A DNA stretch of 64,000 nucleotides, from positions 5,424-69,423 of the forward strand of contig JAUZOF010000001.1 in NCBI GenBank assembly GCA_030706585.1, written 5' to 3'. The position numbers and the translations under genes are program-made. Below are positions 46,659-56,495 of this stretch, one piece after another. The DNA comes from Bacteroidota bacterium. Lineage in GTDB: Bacteria; Bacteroidota; Bacteroidia; Bacteroidales; UBA7332. The first letter of the stretch is position 1; each line of letters opens with the position of its first letter. Under the pieces are notes generated by a model that ran no database searches, had not been told where the DNA came from, and worked only from the letters and a program-made list of their open reading frames with translations.

Positions 46659-49163
46659 TTAAAGTGTTGATTGATTTCGTTTTGATTCCGCCAGCTGTTT
46701 GATAGCCAACTCGATGTTTCCATCCAATTTCTCTGTCAGACGGAAGAGTTCCATCTTTTCGGTCTCTTCCGTGGTGTAGGTGTAATATTCTTCCAGGGAT
46801 ACCTCTGTGGCATAGACCGCTGACTGCACACCCCCCAAACCGATCCACACCTCTTTATACCTTCGGGAAGGATGGTTGGCCATGTTGATGGAGAGCACCT
46901 GTGATTTCTCCTTGTCGGTCAATCCCAGCAGTGACTGGATACTGTCGAACTTGTTCATGTATTTGCGCTGGTCGAGCAGAATCTTACAATCAGAATTGTT
47001 GATGATGGATTCCTTGACAATGGGACTGGCAATGATGTCATCCACTTCCTGCGTTACCACGATCGCCTCCCCGAAAAACTTGCGGACGGTTTTGAACAGG
47101 TATTTGATGTACTCCGCCATCCCTTCCTTGGCAATGGCTTTCCACGCCTCTTCGATCAGGATCATTTTGCGGACACCTTTCAGCCTTCGCATTTTATTGA
47201 TGAAAGTCTCCATGATGATAATGGTGACGATCGGAAAGAGAATCTTATGATCCTTGATATTGTCCAGTTCAAAAACAATAAACCGTTTGTTCAACAAATC
47301 CAATTGTTTGTCGGAATTCAGCAGGTAATCGTATTCCCCTCCTTTGTAATAGGGTTCCAACACATTCAGAAAATTGGCCACATCAAAATCTTTTTCCCGT
47401 ACCTGTTTAGCAGCCAGTATCTTCCGGTATTCCCCACCTACATACTCGTAGAAGGTGTTGAACGAAGGGACTATATTGTCTGTGTTCAGCTTTTCGATAT
47501 AAAGGCTGACGGCATTGGAAAGAGCTACCTCTTCAGATCGTGTCGGCGGTTCATTATCCCGTTTCCAGAGAGTCAAGATCAGTGTCTTGATACTCTCTTT
47601 CTTCTCTATATCAAATACCCTGTCATCGGTATAAAAGGGATTGAAGGCAATTGGATTCTCTGCAGTATAGGTAAAATAGACCCCATCTTTGCCATTGGCT
47701 TTACGGTTGATCATTTCACAGAGTCCCAGATAGGAATTGCCGGTATCCACCAGCAGCACATGAGTGCCCTGTTCGTAATACTGCCGCACCATGTGGTTGG
47801 TGAAAAACGATTTTCCCGAACCCGATGGTCCGAGGATAAACTTATTGCGGTTGGTGATGATTCCCTTTTTCATGGGTAGGTCTGAAATATCCACATGCAG
47901 GGGTTTGCCAGTTAGCCGATCCACCATCTTGATACCAAAGGGCGAGGGTGAGCTTCGATAGTTGGTTTCTTCAGTAAAGAAGCAAACGGCTTGTTCGATA
48001 AACGTATAGAAACTCTCTTCCGACGGAAAATCCCCTTCATTACCCGGAATACCCGCCCAGTAAAGTGTTGGGGTATCCACCGTATTGTGACGGGGTTTGC
48101 ACTCCATCAAGGCCAACTGGCTTCCCACATCATTTTTGATGCGTTTCATTTCATTCCGGTCATCCGACCAGGCCATCACATTGCAATGGCAGCGCACCGA
48201 AGTCAAGCCGAAGGAATGGGCTTCGTTCAGGTATTTTTCGATCCACTCTTTATTGATCTGGTTGGCCCTGCTGTAACGCGAGAGCGAGTGCATGTTCCGG
48301 GCTTGTTTTTCAAACCGGCGGAGGTTTTCCCCATGGTCATCGACAAAGAGGTACTGGTTGTAAATGTGATTACAGGAAAGCAATACTCCCACCGGAGCTG
48401 CAAATGAGAGGCGGCAATCACTCCGGTCGGTCGAAAGCTTTTCATAGCGTCCGTCCGTGGATACCTGTGACGGAAGGTCTTCGACATCCGATAGCGTATG
48501 CAGGCAAAGCAGGTTGTCTCCGACCCGCATATCGGCAGCGGCAAGAGAGATGTCTTGCAGACAAGTGGTATCCTCTTGTGATAGCGAAAAGTATTTCTCG
48601 ATAATCCCGGTACTCTGGGATGTACCGACAATTTCATCGGTGGTCAAACGTTTCAAGTGAACAAAGCCACTATCGTTGACTATACGCTCAAACTGGCTGA
48701 CATTCTCTAAAAACTTTACTGCGGTCTCCTTATCCTGAATCTCCTTTGGAACGATAAATCCACGGCACAGGGTGGAAAAATTACTCTGTCTACGGCTCTG
48801 CTCCTTGGTGGTCTTAGTCAGGAACAGGTAACTGGTATGATTCATATAGGGCCGTTCGTTGAAATGACGCTCGAAGGATCGGGCAAGAAAGCTCATGCCT
48901 TCTTGCTGCATTTCCGGCTGGTAATTCTCTTTTATAAACCAATCCTGCTTGTGTACGATCGAATAGTCCGGCAGCACCTTTACCGCCTTGACCCATGCTG
49001 AGTGGATTGCTTCGTATTCGGTAGAGGTGACAGTAAAGAGTTCCGGTAGTTCCACCCGGAAGGCGACCGTTATATCTGCATTCTTGCTGACAATGCAATC
49101 GTGCTCCACGGAAAGCAGTGGGAAACGGCTTTCCAGTGTTACGGCTTTTAAGGTATTTCTCAT
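46659..49163 (-). CDS. traG: TraG VirB4-like ATPase
   Basis: NRNKFILGPSGSGKSF, IEEAWKAI, KTVRKFFGEAIVVTQ. Confidence 0.97.
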   Translation of the reverse strand: MRNTLKAVTLESRFPLLSVEHDCIVSKNADITVAFRVELPELFTVTSTEYEAIHSAWVKAVKVLPDYSIVHKQDWFIKENYQPEMQQEGMSFLARSFERHFNERPYMNHTSYLFLTKTTKEQSRRQSNFSTLCRGFIVPKEIQDKETAVKFLENVSQFERIVNDSGFVHLKRLTTDEIVGTSQSTGIIEKYFSLSQEDTTCLQDISLAAADMRVGDNLLCLHTLSDVEDLPSQVSTDGRYEKLSTDRSDCRLSFAAPVGVLLSCNHIYNQYLFVDDHGENLRRFEKQARNMHSLSRYSRANQINKEWIEKYLNEAHSFGLTSVRCHCNVMAWSDDRNEMKRIKNDVGSQLALMECKPRHNTVDTPTLYWAGIPGNEGDFPSEESFYTFIEQAVCFFTEETNYRSSPSPFGIKMVDRLTGKPLHVDISDLPMKKGIITNRNKFILGPSGSGKSFFTNHMVRQYYEQGTHVLLVDTGNSYLGLCEMINRKANGKDGVYFTYTAENPIAFNPFYTDDRVFDIEKKESIKTLILTLWKRDNEPPTRSEEVALSNAVSLYIEKLNTDNIVPSFNTFYEYVGGEYRKILAAKQVREKDFDVANFLNVLEPYYKGGEYDYLLNSDKQLDLLNKRFIVFELDNIKDHKILFPIVTIIIMETFINKMRRLKGVRKMILIEEAWKAIAKEGMAEYIKYLFKTVRKFFGEAIVVTQEVDDIIASPIVKESIINNSDCKILLDQRKYMNKFDSIQSLLGLTDKEKSQVLSINMANHPSRRYKEVWIGLGGVQSAVYATEVSLEEYYTYTTEETEKMELFRLTEKLDGNIELAIKQLAESKRNQSTL

Positions 49164-49495
49164 GCTGTTTTCTTTTTGTTGTTGGACGGAATCAATAACC
49201 GGCAAATGGCTTTGCGGCTAATGATGTATTTGGGATGGGAACGGCGAGCCAGCGATTTCATCAGGCCGTATTCTCCGTATTTGCCGTTCAGCGTAAAAGT
49301 CATCCAAACCAGAGCGGATGCCGCACTAACGCCAAAGCCAATGCAGATCCACTGGCCGATATCGGCCATATACATCACCACAAATACGATAAAGACTGCC
49401 AGTAGCCCTCCGGCAAAAATGAATAGGTACTGGCTTTTCAGTCCCTTGAACTCGGCCGGCTTACCGATTCCTTTATTCATTGGGTATTCGGCCAT
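49160..49495 (-). CDS. traF: TraF (DUF4133)
   Basis: Y..NKGIG...EFKGLK.QYLFIFAGGL, KYGEYGLMK. Confidence 0.93.
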   Translation of the reverse strand: MAEYPMNKGIGKPAEFKGLKSQYLFIFAGGLLAVFIVFVVMYMADIGQWICIGFGVSAASALVWMTFTLNGKYGEYGLMKSLARRSHPKYIISRKAICRLLIPSNNKKKTA

Positions 49496-49501
49496 GACTG
49501 T

Positions 49502-49801
49502 TTACAAAAAGAAGGAACGGAGAATGGTTGCCGATACGATCAGAAAAATACAGGCCCCGAACCAGGAGGCTGCTGTCTTACTGGTATCGGGATCGCCGGA
49601 TGAGAATTTGGAATAGACCTTCACTCCGCCGATAAGGCCGATCACGGCACCGATGGCATAAATGAGTTTAGTGGCAGGATCAAAGTAGGAGGTAACCATA
49701 CTTGTTGCTTCGGTAATGCCGGCAGAACCACTGCCTTGAGCTACGGCACGAAAGGATGTTACAATTAAGATCGCTGCAAGGGAAATGTATTTTTTACGCA
49801 T
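49502..49801 (-). CDS. traE: TraE (DUF4134, VirB2-like pilin)
   Basis: GI.EAT.MVTSYFDP.TKL.YAIGA, GDPDTSKTAASWFGACIFL. Confidence 0.95.
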   Translation of the reverse strand: MRKKYISLAAILIVTSFRAVAQGSGSAGITEATSMVTSYFDPATKLIYAIGAVIGLIGGVKVYSKFSSGDPDTSKTAASWFGACIFLIVSATILRSFFL

Positions 49802-49944
49802 AAATGTTATTGGAAAATGGCGAGAGTATTTGACTCTTTCTATAGGTGAATACAGTAATTAGCATAAATGAGTTTTGGTGTCGAGAATGGAAGTTCTGTT
49901 TCTATCCGTACTCTCTTTGTTTCATGCGTTTAATCTTAAAAGGG

Positions 49945-50634
49945 TTAAGGTAAAAAAGAAGTTATATCAACGCTGTTTGTTGGATTTTTAGCTTTTGTGT
50001 CTACTCCCATGCTTTGTTCATGCAAGGCAATCAGAGCCTTTATCCGTTCGGCTTTTTCAGAACTGATGGCGGATAGCTGTGATATGTATTCCGTATCCTG
50101 CATGTGATACAATATTTCACCGGCTTCTGCCTGATTATTGCCGTTCGAATGATTGATTTCATCAAAGGCTAAGTTCATCTGCTCAAAAGTGACTCCGGAG
50201 GCCAGCTCAACTTCATCCCTGAGGACTTGCCGCAACTCTTCATCCTCTTCTTCGTCAAATGCATCGTCCGATTCCGGTTCAGTTTCATTTGTCTCAACCT
50301 CCAACGGTATGCTGATATCCGGCTCTTGGTTAAAAAAAGAATCCGACTCTTGGAGAGAAAGTACCTCCCTGGGTTGCTTTTCCGGTGCAAAAGTATCTGG
50401 ATCTTCTTTGTAAATTTCTGATTCTGGAGAATTGACGCAAGTTGGCTGCGGTTGGCTTTTCAAACGGGAGACAAAGCGGCTTTTGCCAAGAATATTGTAA
50501 GGTTCATCCATGTCTATGTCCCTATTGGTTGTGTATGCATCCTTGGTATTGGATTGGCTGGATCGTTTGGAATAGATCATCCGAATCAAAAGATATAAAC
50601 AGACCAGAAGGATGATGACTGCACACAATCTCAT
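49945..50634 (-). CDS. traD: TraD-like protein (DUF4122)
   Basis: N-terminal TM, ILGKSRF, TFAPE, acidic tract, ASGVTFE; position in operon. Confidence 0.7.
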   Translation of the reverse strand: MRLCAVIILLVCLYLLIRMIYSKRSSQSNTKDAYTTNRDIDMDEPYNILGKSRFVSRLKSQPQPTCVNSPESEIYKEDPDTFAPEKQPREVLSLQESDSFFNQEPDISIPLEVETNETEPESDDAFDEEEDEELRQVLRDEVELASGVTFEQMNLAFDEINHSNGNNQAEAGEILYHMQDTEYISQLSAISSEKAERIKALIALHEQSMGVDTKAKNPTNSVDITSFLP

Positions 50635-51047
50635 GGTATCAGATCCTTCCTGTCCCGTTTGTACAGTTCATTGATCTCATCTTTATGTGCTTCCAAGTGT
50701 TGGCATAGTACGGTGTCAATATAGCCTCCAACTGAAATGTCCTTATCGGCAATTACCCGTACAATGGCCGAAATAGTGTTGTGAATTTGCTGGCTGATAT
50801 AGACGCACTGCCGGGTTTTGAATTCGTTCTTTTGTAAGAATGACGAAGTGTAATCCACAGAGCTGTTTCGTTTGCGCCGTAAAGGCTCCTTCGTTTCAAT
50901 CACTTCTTTTTGATCAACAATGTGTTGTGTTTGTTGTTTGGGAACAGGAATGTCATTTTTCTGCGTATTGGAAGTGTCCTGCTCTCTGATGGAAGCCAGT
51001 AAAGTGGATTCATCCACTTCCGGTAGTTTGGATTTGTTATTTGCCAT
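50631..51047 (-). CDS. traB: TraB-like DUF3408 protein
   Basis: RQCVYIS...H..I..IV..I....ISVGGYID.VL..HL..HK.EI. Confidence 0.85.
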   Translation of the reverse strand: MANNKSKLPEVDESTLLASIREQDTSNTQKNDIPVPKQQTQHIVDQKEVIETKEPLRRKRNSSVDYTSSFLQKNEFKTRQCVYISQQIHNTISAIVRVIADKDISVGGYIDTVLCQHLEAHKDEINELYKRDRKDLIP

Positions 51048-51813
51048 TGGAATCTAAATGAAGGATTTGACATATTTCGTTGACTAACTCTGCGATGTGA
51101 CTGCCCTTGAGAAGCATTTTGTCGACCGGAAAAAGGGTGGAGCGGAAGACTGTCTTGCGCTCATCTGAAACCTCTTTGCGAAACCGTTTACTGTCGGGAA
51201 GAAACGTTTTGAGGATTGACACGTCCAGCTCTGCAATGGCTTTCTCGTAAGCTCCGTACAAGGGTGTCTTCTCCCGTCCATCCACCATATTCCAGAAGAG
51301 ATAAAGCCCTTTGATGTTCCCTTTTCTCGGAGCAATCAGATTTTCGGTTAGCATAATGGCATATTGAAGCGTACTTTCCAGCACTAAGCGATCAGCGCTT
51401 ACCGGAGTAAAGAGATAATCCATGGCAGCCAGAGTGCGGATGACGCCGGGAGTGTTAAGTGTTCCGGGCAAATCAAAGAAGATTATGTCATAGTGCTTTT
51501 CGGATTGTTCCGTCATTTTCATTGCAGTTGGAATGGCCATGTCCAGCGTGCACTCTTTGACCGGATAGGCTTTGATACCGAGCGTGGAAAATTGCCGGTA
51601 AGCCAATCCTTTGAAGTAATCATCTTTCATGACAAGTTCCGTATCGCGTTTGCGCATTTCGACAATGCTGTGTTGGGGGTAGTCGCAGTCGATCACAGCT
51701 ACATGATACCCTTTGGTGTAGTGCAGGTAACTTGCAGTTAATACCGTGATTGCGGTTTTGCCCATTCCGCCTTTCTGTGTGGCAAAGGCCACGAATAAAG
51801 TTTCTTTTTTCAT
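51037..51813 (-). CDS. traA: TraA ParA-family ATPase
   Basis: QKGGMGKT, IDCDYPQHS, FFDLPGT, FRSTLFP. Confidence 0.93.
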   Translation of the reverse strand: MKKETLFVAFATQKGGMGKTAITVLTASYLHYTKGYHVAVIDCDYPQHSIVEMRKRDTELVMKDDYFKGLAYRQFSTLGIKAYPVKECTLDMAIPTAMKMTEQSEKHYDIIFFDLPGTLNTPGVIRTLAAMDYLFTPVSADRLVLESTLQYAIMLTENLIAPRKGNIKGLYLFWNMVDGREKTPLYGAYEKAIAELDVSILKTFLPDSKRFRKEVSDERKTVFRSTLFPVDKMLLKGSHIAELVNEICQILHLDSNGK

Positions 51814-51950
51814 TGTTAAATTAATGATATGATGATTGATAGCTGTAAGCATGAAATGCTATACTGCTTTATTGAAAGAAATCCTTGTGTTGTTATTCCT
51901 TTATTTCCCTACGGATCTTCTTCTTTATGGAAATACTTCCATACAACGAT

Positions 51951-52102
51951 ACGACAGCACAACAGTACGTCATGACTGAAATGAATCAGTACAACAGTGC
52001 TGATAGCGGTCTGTAGTTCAAAGCATCGTTGAATCATTGTTTCAATGTCGCGGTATTTCATTGCATACATAATGTTGTACTTGTTTATCTATGTGCTGAT
52101 TT
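51951..52102. repeat. Degenerate 8-bp periodic array upstream of traA
   Basis: 19 consecutive octamers such as ACAACAGT, GAATCAGT, GAATCATT, ATTTCATT; 18 start with a purine and 15 end in T. Confidence 0.6.
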
Positions 52103-52268
52103 TAATGGATGATTCAGTGAAGAGGTGCGGATGTGTTGAATCATTTTGTTGCAAAAGAACATAGAATCCGGAAACGGGAAATGGGTATTAACTCTCTTGG
52201 CACAGGTTGGCATTCGTATGGCAGAAAGTGGCTTTGGTTGCTATTCGTTAGGTGATTCTTCTCTCCGG

Positions 52269-52276
52269 TAACTTTG
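52269..52276 (+). promoter_or_regulatory. Bacteroidota -7 promoter box upstream of mobA
   Basis: TAACTTTG matches TAnnTTTG. Confidence 0.6.
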
Positions 52277-52319
52277 CATTGGAAAATCAAACCGGTCGAT
52301 AATGAGAGCATTAATCATC

Positions 52320-52470
52320 GAGAGCAAGGGAAACAATCACGCCCCAGCGGGATTTTATTCCGGCGGACGGAATAGCAAGTTGTATTTTGAGGTACTCAAA
52401 ATGTTTTCAGTACCTGAAAACCACTTGCCCCTTGCCAGGGGAGCAAACACCTCCGAAGTCGGCGTTTTTG
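52320..52470. other. Putative origin-of-transfer (oriT) region
   Basis: Lies between divergent traA and mobA; hairpins TATTCCG/CGGAATA, GCAAGTTG..TTTTGAGGTACT/AGTACCTGAAAA..CACTTGC, CCCCT/AGGGG. Nick site not determined. Confidence 0.65.
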
Positions 52471-52524
52471 ATTTAATCCGGGAATTGAATGAAAAGTGAA
52501 AATGAAATTAGGAACTTCAACCAA

Positions 52525-52950
52525 ATGACAACCCCCAAAAGAAAACGCACAAGTGGTCGCAAACCCAAGGAAAATCCTTGCAGCCACCGTTATTCCTTTA
52601 ATTTGAATGATGCTGACAATGCTAGGTTCCTTGCCCTGTTTGAACAATCCGGGTTAAAAGAGAAAGCCCATTTTATCACATCCTGTGTCTTTGACCGTCA
52701 GCTGAAGGTGGTGAAAATTGATAAGGCAGCGATGGATTATTACATGCGGCTGACCACTTTTCATTCCCAGTTTCGTAGCGTGGGGGTGAATTACAACCAG
52801 GTGACCAAGGCGATCAAGTCGGCCTTTACAGACAAAAAAGCGTTGGCATTTCTGTACAAACTGGAGAAATCCACCATGGAACTGGTTACAATTAGCAAAC
52901 AGGTAATGGAGCTGACGGAAGAATTTGAACGCCGATGGTTGCAAAAATAA
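52525..52950 (+). CDS. mobA: MobA relaxosome accessory protein (RHH)
   Basis: GRKPKENP, NARFLALFEQSG, DYYMRLT.F..QFR..GVNYNQ. Start is 52525 or 52489. Confidence 0.92.
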   Translation: MTTPKRKRTSGRKPKENPCSHRYSFNLNDADNARFLALFEQSGLKEKAHFITSCVFDRQLKVVKIDKAAMDYYMRLTTFHSQFRSVGVNYNQVTKAIKSAFTDKKALAFLYKLEKSTMELVTISKQVMELTEEFERRWLQK

Positions 52951-54191
52951 GCTCGGGAAGTTCGCTCTACGGAGTGCTGGCCTATAACCAACAGAAGGTG
53001 GACGAGGAACATGCCAAGGTACTTTTCACCAACCGTATGATAGAACCGGGCGACGGACATTTTGATATTGCAAGCTGTTTGCGATCCTTTGAACCCTACC
53101 TTTTAGCCAACCGGCGCACCGAAAAACCGGTGCTGCATATCTCGATCAACCCTGATCCGAAAGACCGTTTATCCGACGAACAACTGGAAGAAATAGCACA
53201 AACGTATATGGATAAAATGGGTTATGGCGACCAGCCTTTTATCGTGTATAAGCACGAGGATATCGATCGGCGTCATATTCATATAGTGTCACTGCGGATA
53301 GATGAGAATGGCAGGAAAATTGATCACAATTTTGAGAAACGGCGGTCAATGGATGTGTGCCGGGCATTGGAAAGACAATACGGGTTGATTCCAGCGGATC
53401 AGAAACAGCGTAATGACAATTCCCCATTAAAAGCAGTACTTTATGAAAACGGAGATGTGAAGCATCAAATAGCCAATGTTATCCGGCCAATTGCCGCCAC
53501 TTACCACTTTCAAAGCCTGAAAGAGTACAAGGCCTTACTCTCTTTTTATAAAGTCCATGTGGAGGAAATCCGGGGCGAGGCGAATGGGAACCCATATCGG
53601 GGATTGGTCTATTGTGCCCTGGATGCCAAAAATGAAAAGGTGGGGCATCCCTTCCGGTCATCATTATTCGGAAAATCAGTAGGGGTGGAGGCTCTGGAAA
53701 ACAGGATGGAGCAATCTGCAAAAACTATCCGGGAGAAAGGGCTCAAAGAACGAAGTCGAAAAGTGATCGCAAATACAATGAAAGCAAGTAACACGATGGA
53801 TGAGTTTCAACCGTCACTGGAAAAGCAGCATGTCAGTGCACTGTTTCGTATCAACGGAGAGGGTCGTATCTATGGGGTAACTTTTATTGATCACGATCAA
53901 AAAGCTGTTTTCAATGGTTCCCGATTAGGGAAAGAATTCTCGGCCAATGTATTTAATGAGCTTTTCGGGCAGCAACATTTAGATACCCCAAAACAAGAAC
54001 CTCAAGTTAAAGTCAACAGGCAAGAGCCGGATTCAATGGAATCGTACAGTCGTTCCAATAAAGAAGATGAAAATGAAATTGCTGGTATTCTTAGCATGTT
54101 GACCCCGGAAGTTTATGGGACAGATCCGCAGGAAGAAGCTTTTGCCAGAAAAATGCGAAGAAAGAAAAGGAGAAACGGTTATAAACATTAA
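52935..54191 (+). CDS. mobB: MobB relaxase
   Basis: MVAKI..G.SLYG.L.YN, HISINP.P.D, HEDIDRRHIHIVS (HUH), NGSRLGK.FSAN. Confidence 0.96.
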   Translation: MVAKISSGSSLYGVLAYNQQKVDEEHAKVLFTNRMIEPGDGHFDIASCLRSFEPYLLANRRTEKPVLHISINPDPKDRLSDEQLEEIAQTYMDKMGYGDQPFIVYKHEDIDRRHIHIVSLRIDENGRKIDHNFEKRRSMDVCRALERQYGLIPADQKQRNDNSPLKAVLYENGDVKHQIANVIRPIAATYHFQSLKEYKALLSFYKVHVEEIRGEANGNPYRGLVYCALDAKNEKVGHPFRSSLFGKSVGVEALENRMEQSAKTIREKGLKERSRKVIANTMKASNTMDEFQPSLEKQHVSALFRINGEGRIYGVTFIDHDQKAVFNGSRLGKEFSANVFNELFGQQHLDTPKQEPQVKVNRQEPDSMESYSRSNKEDENEIAGILSMLTPEVYGTDPQEEAFARKMRRKKRRNGYKH

Positions 54192-54194
54192 ATT

Positions 54195-56162
54195 ATGCAA
54201 CAGGAAGACGACTTGAGAGGATTAGCCAGAGTGGTGGAATTTATGCGGGCCATCAGTATTTTATTTGTAATCATCCATATCTATTGGTTTTGTTATCAAG
54301 CCATGAGAGATTGGGGGATCACAGTTCGTGTAATGGATAAAATCCTACTGAATTTTAACCGGACGACAGGTTTATTTACCGCTATTGTATGGACAAAAAT
54401 ATTTGCAATGATTTTCCTGTCATTGTCTTGCCTGGGAACGAAAGGGGTAAAAACAGAAAAGATTACCTGGCCTAAAATTTATTTGTTCCTGGCATTAGGC
54501 CTGATTTTATTTTTGTTCAATGGGTGGATATTACAGTTGCCGTTCTCAATAAATTTCGATGCAATCTTGTATGTTTCGGTGTTGGCAGTGGGGTATATTC
54601 TGTTGTTAGTCGCTGGATTATGGATGAGCCGTTTATGGCACAATAACCTGATGGACGACGTTTTCAATACCGAAAACGAATCATTCATGCAGGAAACACG
54701 CCTGATGGAGAATGAGTATTCCGTGAATTTGCCGACACGTTTTTTCTACCGCAAGAAGCAATATAACGGGTGGATCAATGTGGTCAATCCTTTTCGGGCA
54801 TCCATCGTATTGGGAACGCCGGGTTCTGGAAAATCCTATGCTATTATCAATAACTACATCAAACAGCATATTGCCAAAGGTTTCTCAATGTATATCTACG
54901 ATTACAAGTTTGATGACCTGAGTGTTATTGCTTACAATACCTTGTTGAAAAATATTGATAAGTACCCTGTCAAGCCAAAATTTTATATCATCAATTTCGA
55001 TAATCCACGTAAAAGTCACCGGTGCAATCCTATCAATCCGGCTTTTATGACTGATATTGCCGATGCCTACGAATCGGCTTATACAATTATGCTGAACCTG
55101 AATAGAACCTGGATTCAGAAACAGGGTGACTTTTTTGTGGAATCGCCCATTATTCTTCTGGCAGCTATTATCTGGTATTTGAAAATTTACAAAGACGGGA
55201 AATATTGCACATTCCTACATGCCATTGAATTTCTGAATCGTAGATATGCAGATATATTCCCGATACTGACTTCGTATCCTGAGTTGGAAAATTATTTGTC
55301 ACCGTTTATGGATGCTTGGGAGGGTGGGGCGCAAGATCAATTACAGGGACAGATTGCCAGTGCTAAAATTCCTCTTTCGAGAATGATTAGTCCACAACTC
55401 TACTGGGTGATGACTGGCGATGATTTTACACTGGACATCAATAATCCAGAAGAACCTAAAATACTATGTGTCGGTAATAATCCAGACCGGCAAAATATTT
55501 ATTCAGCAGCTTTGGGTTTGTATAATTCGAGAATTGTAAAGCTGATTAATAAGAAAGGAAAACTGAAAAGTTCAATCATTATAGACGAGTTACCAACCAT
55601 TTATTTTCGCGGGTTGGATAACCTGATTGCCACTGCCCGTTCCAATAAAGTGGCTGTTTGTTTGGGTTTTCAGGACTTTAGTCAGTTAATCCGGGATTAT
55701 GGAGACAAAGAAGCCAAAGTAGTGATGAATACGGTGGGTAATATCTTCAGCGGCCAAGTGGTAAGTGAAACAGCTAAAACTCTTTCGGAACGTTTCGGAA
55801 AGGTACTACAGAAACGACAGTCTATGACAATTAATCGAAACGATAAGTCAACGTCTGTAAGCACGCAGATGGATTCACTTATTCCACCTTCTAAAATCAG
55901 TAATCTCACACAAGGCATGTTTGTGGGAGCTGTTTCAGATAATTTTGAAGAACGGATTGAACAGAAGATTTTTCATTGTGAAATTGTGGTAGACAATGCG
56001 TTAGTCGCTTCCGAAACAAAGATATACAAGAAGATTCCTGAAATTGTGTATTTCGCCGATGCTGATGGCAGCGATACTATGCAGGCAGAAATAGAACTTA
56101 ACTACAAACAGGTGAAGCAGGATGTACTGGACATTGTAAAAGAAGAATTGGTGCGGATTTAG
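54195..56162 (+). CDS. mobC: MobC VirD4-like coupling protein (YWFCY domain)
   Basis: MQQEDDLRGL, YWFCY, GTPGSGKS, IIDELPT, ARSNKVAV.LG.QD. Confidence 0.96.
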   Translation: MQQEDDLRGLARVVEFMRAISILFVIIHIYWFCYQAMRDWGITVRVMDKILLNFNRTTGLFTAIVWTKIFAMIFLSLSCLGTKGVKTEKITWPKIYLFLALGLILFLFNGWILQLPFSINFDAILYVSVLAVGYILLLVAGLWMSRLWHNNLMDDVFNTENESFMQETRLMENEYSVNLPTRFFYRKKQYNGWINVVNPFRASIVLGTPGSGKSYAIINNYIKQHIAKGFSMYIYDYKFDDLSVIAYNTLLKNIDKYPVKPKFYIINFDNPRKSHRCNPINPAFMTDIADAYESAYTIMLNLNRTWIQKQGDFFVESPIILLAAIIWYLKIYKDGKYCTFLHAIEFLNRRYADIFPILTSYPELENYLSPFMDAWEGGAQDQLQGQIASAKIPLSRMISPQLYWVMTGDDFTLDINNPEEPKILCVGNNPDRQNIYSAALGLYNSRIVKLINKKGKLKSSIIIDELPTIYFRGLDNLIATARSNKVAVCLGFQDFSQLIRDYGDKEAKVVMNTVGNIFSGQVVSETAKTLSERFGKVLQKRQSMTINRNDKSTSVSTQMDSLIPPSKISNLTQGMFVGAVSDNFEERIEQKIFHCEIVVDNALVASETKIYKKIPEIVYFADADGSDTMQAEIELNYKQVKQDVLDIVKEELVRI

Positions 56163-56495
56163 GACGATGAGAACTTGAGTTTTTGTGAAGAAAGAAAAGG
56201 GACTATCTAGAATTTTGTGTAAACGGGAAACTACAGGATTCAGGTTCAGGCTGCATGTTTTACCCTTGTTGGCTATGTTTTTGTGAACAAAGTGGCGGAA
56301 TGACGAAGACCGCTTTACCTATTCGGTTTAAACCTGCGAGAGCAGGAGTTGAGTGTTTTTTCTATTTTATTGATTGAGGTTATCCTAAACAAAAAGTAGC
56401 AATAGGGATTAAATTGTTTGATTTTGTGATTAGTAAAGATGTGATTGTATATTTTTTTAGGGTATATTTTGTTGATTTTAATTAGTCGATTTTTT

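Larger units (their letters stand above)
26126..56162. mobile_element. Core of a CTnDOT-family integrative conjugative element; ends not visible
   Basis: rteC, HTH/Xis, primase, traA-Q, oriT region and mobABC. No integrase or att site is visible, so the element probably extends beyond these coordinates. Confidence 0.92.

Noticed and set aside
46648-46848. N-terminal extension of the DUF3575 ORF in the ORF track
   Set aside because: It overlaps traG in another frame; the signal peptide starts at Met 46647.
51951-52102. CRISPR array or simple microsatellite
   Set aside because: The units are 8 bp, degenerate and have no spacers; no cas genes are in the window.
56163-56495. Retron ncRNA for the PtuAB-like pair
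   Set aside because: Only short hairpins (CCTGC-GAGA-GCAGG) are present, they lie downstream of the operon, and there is no RT gene.
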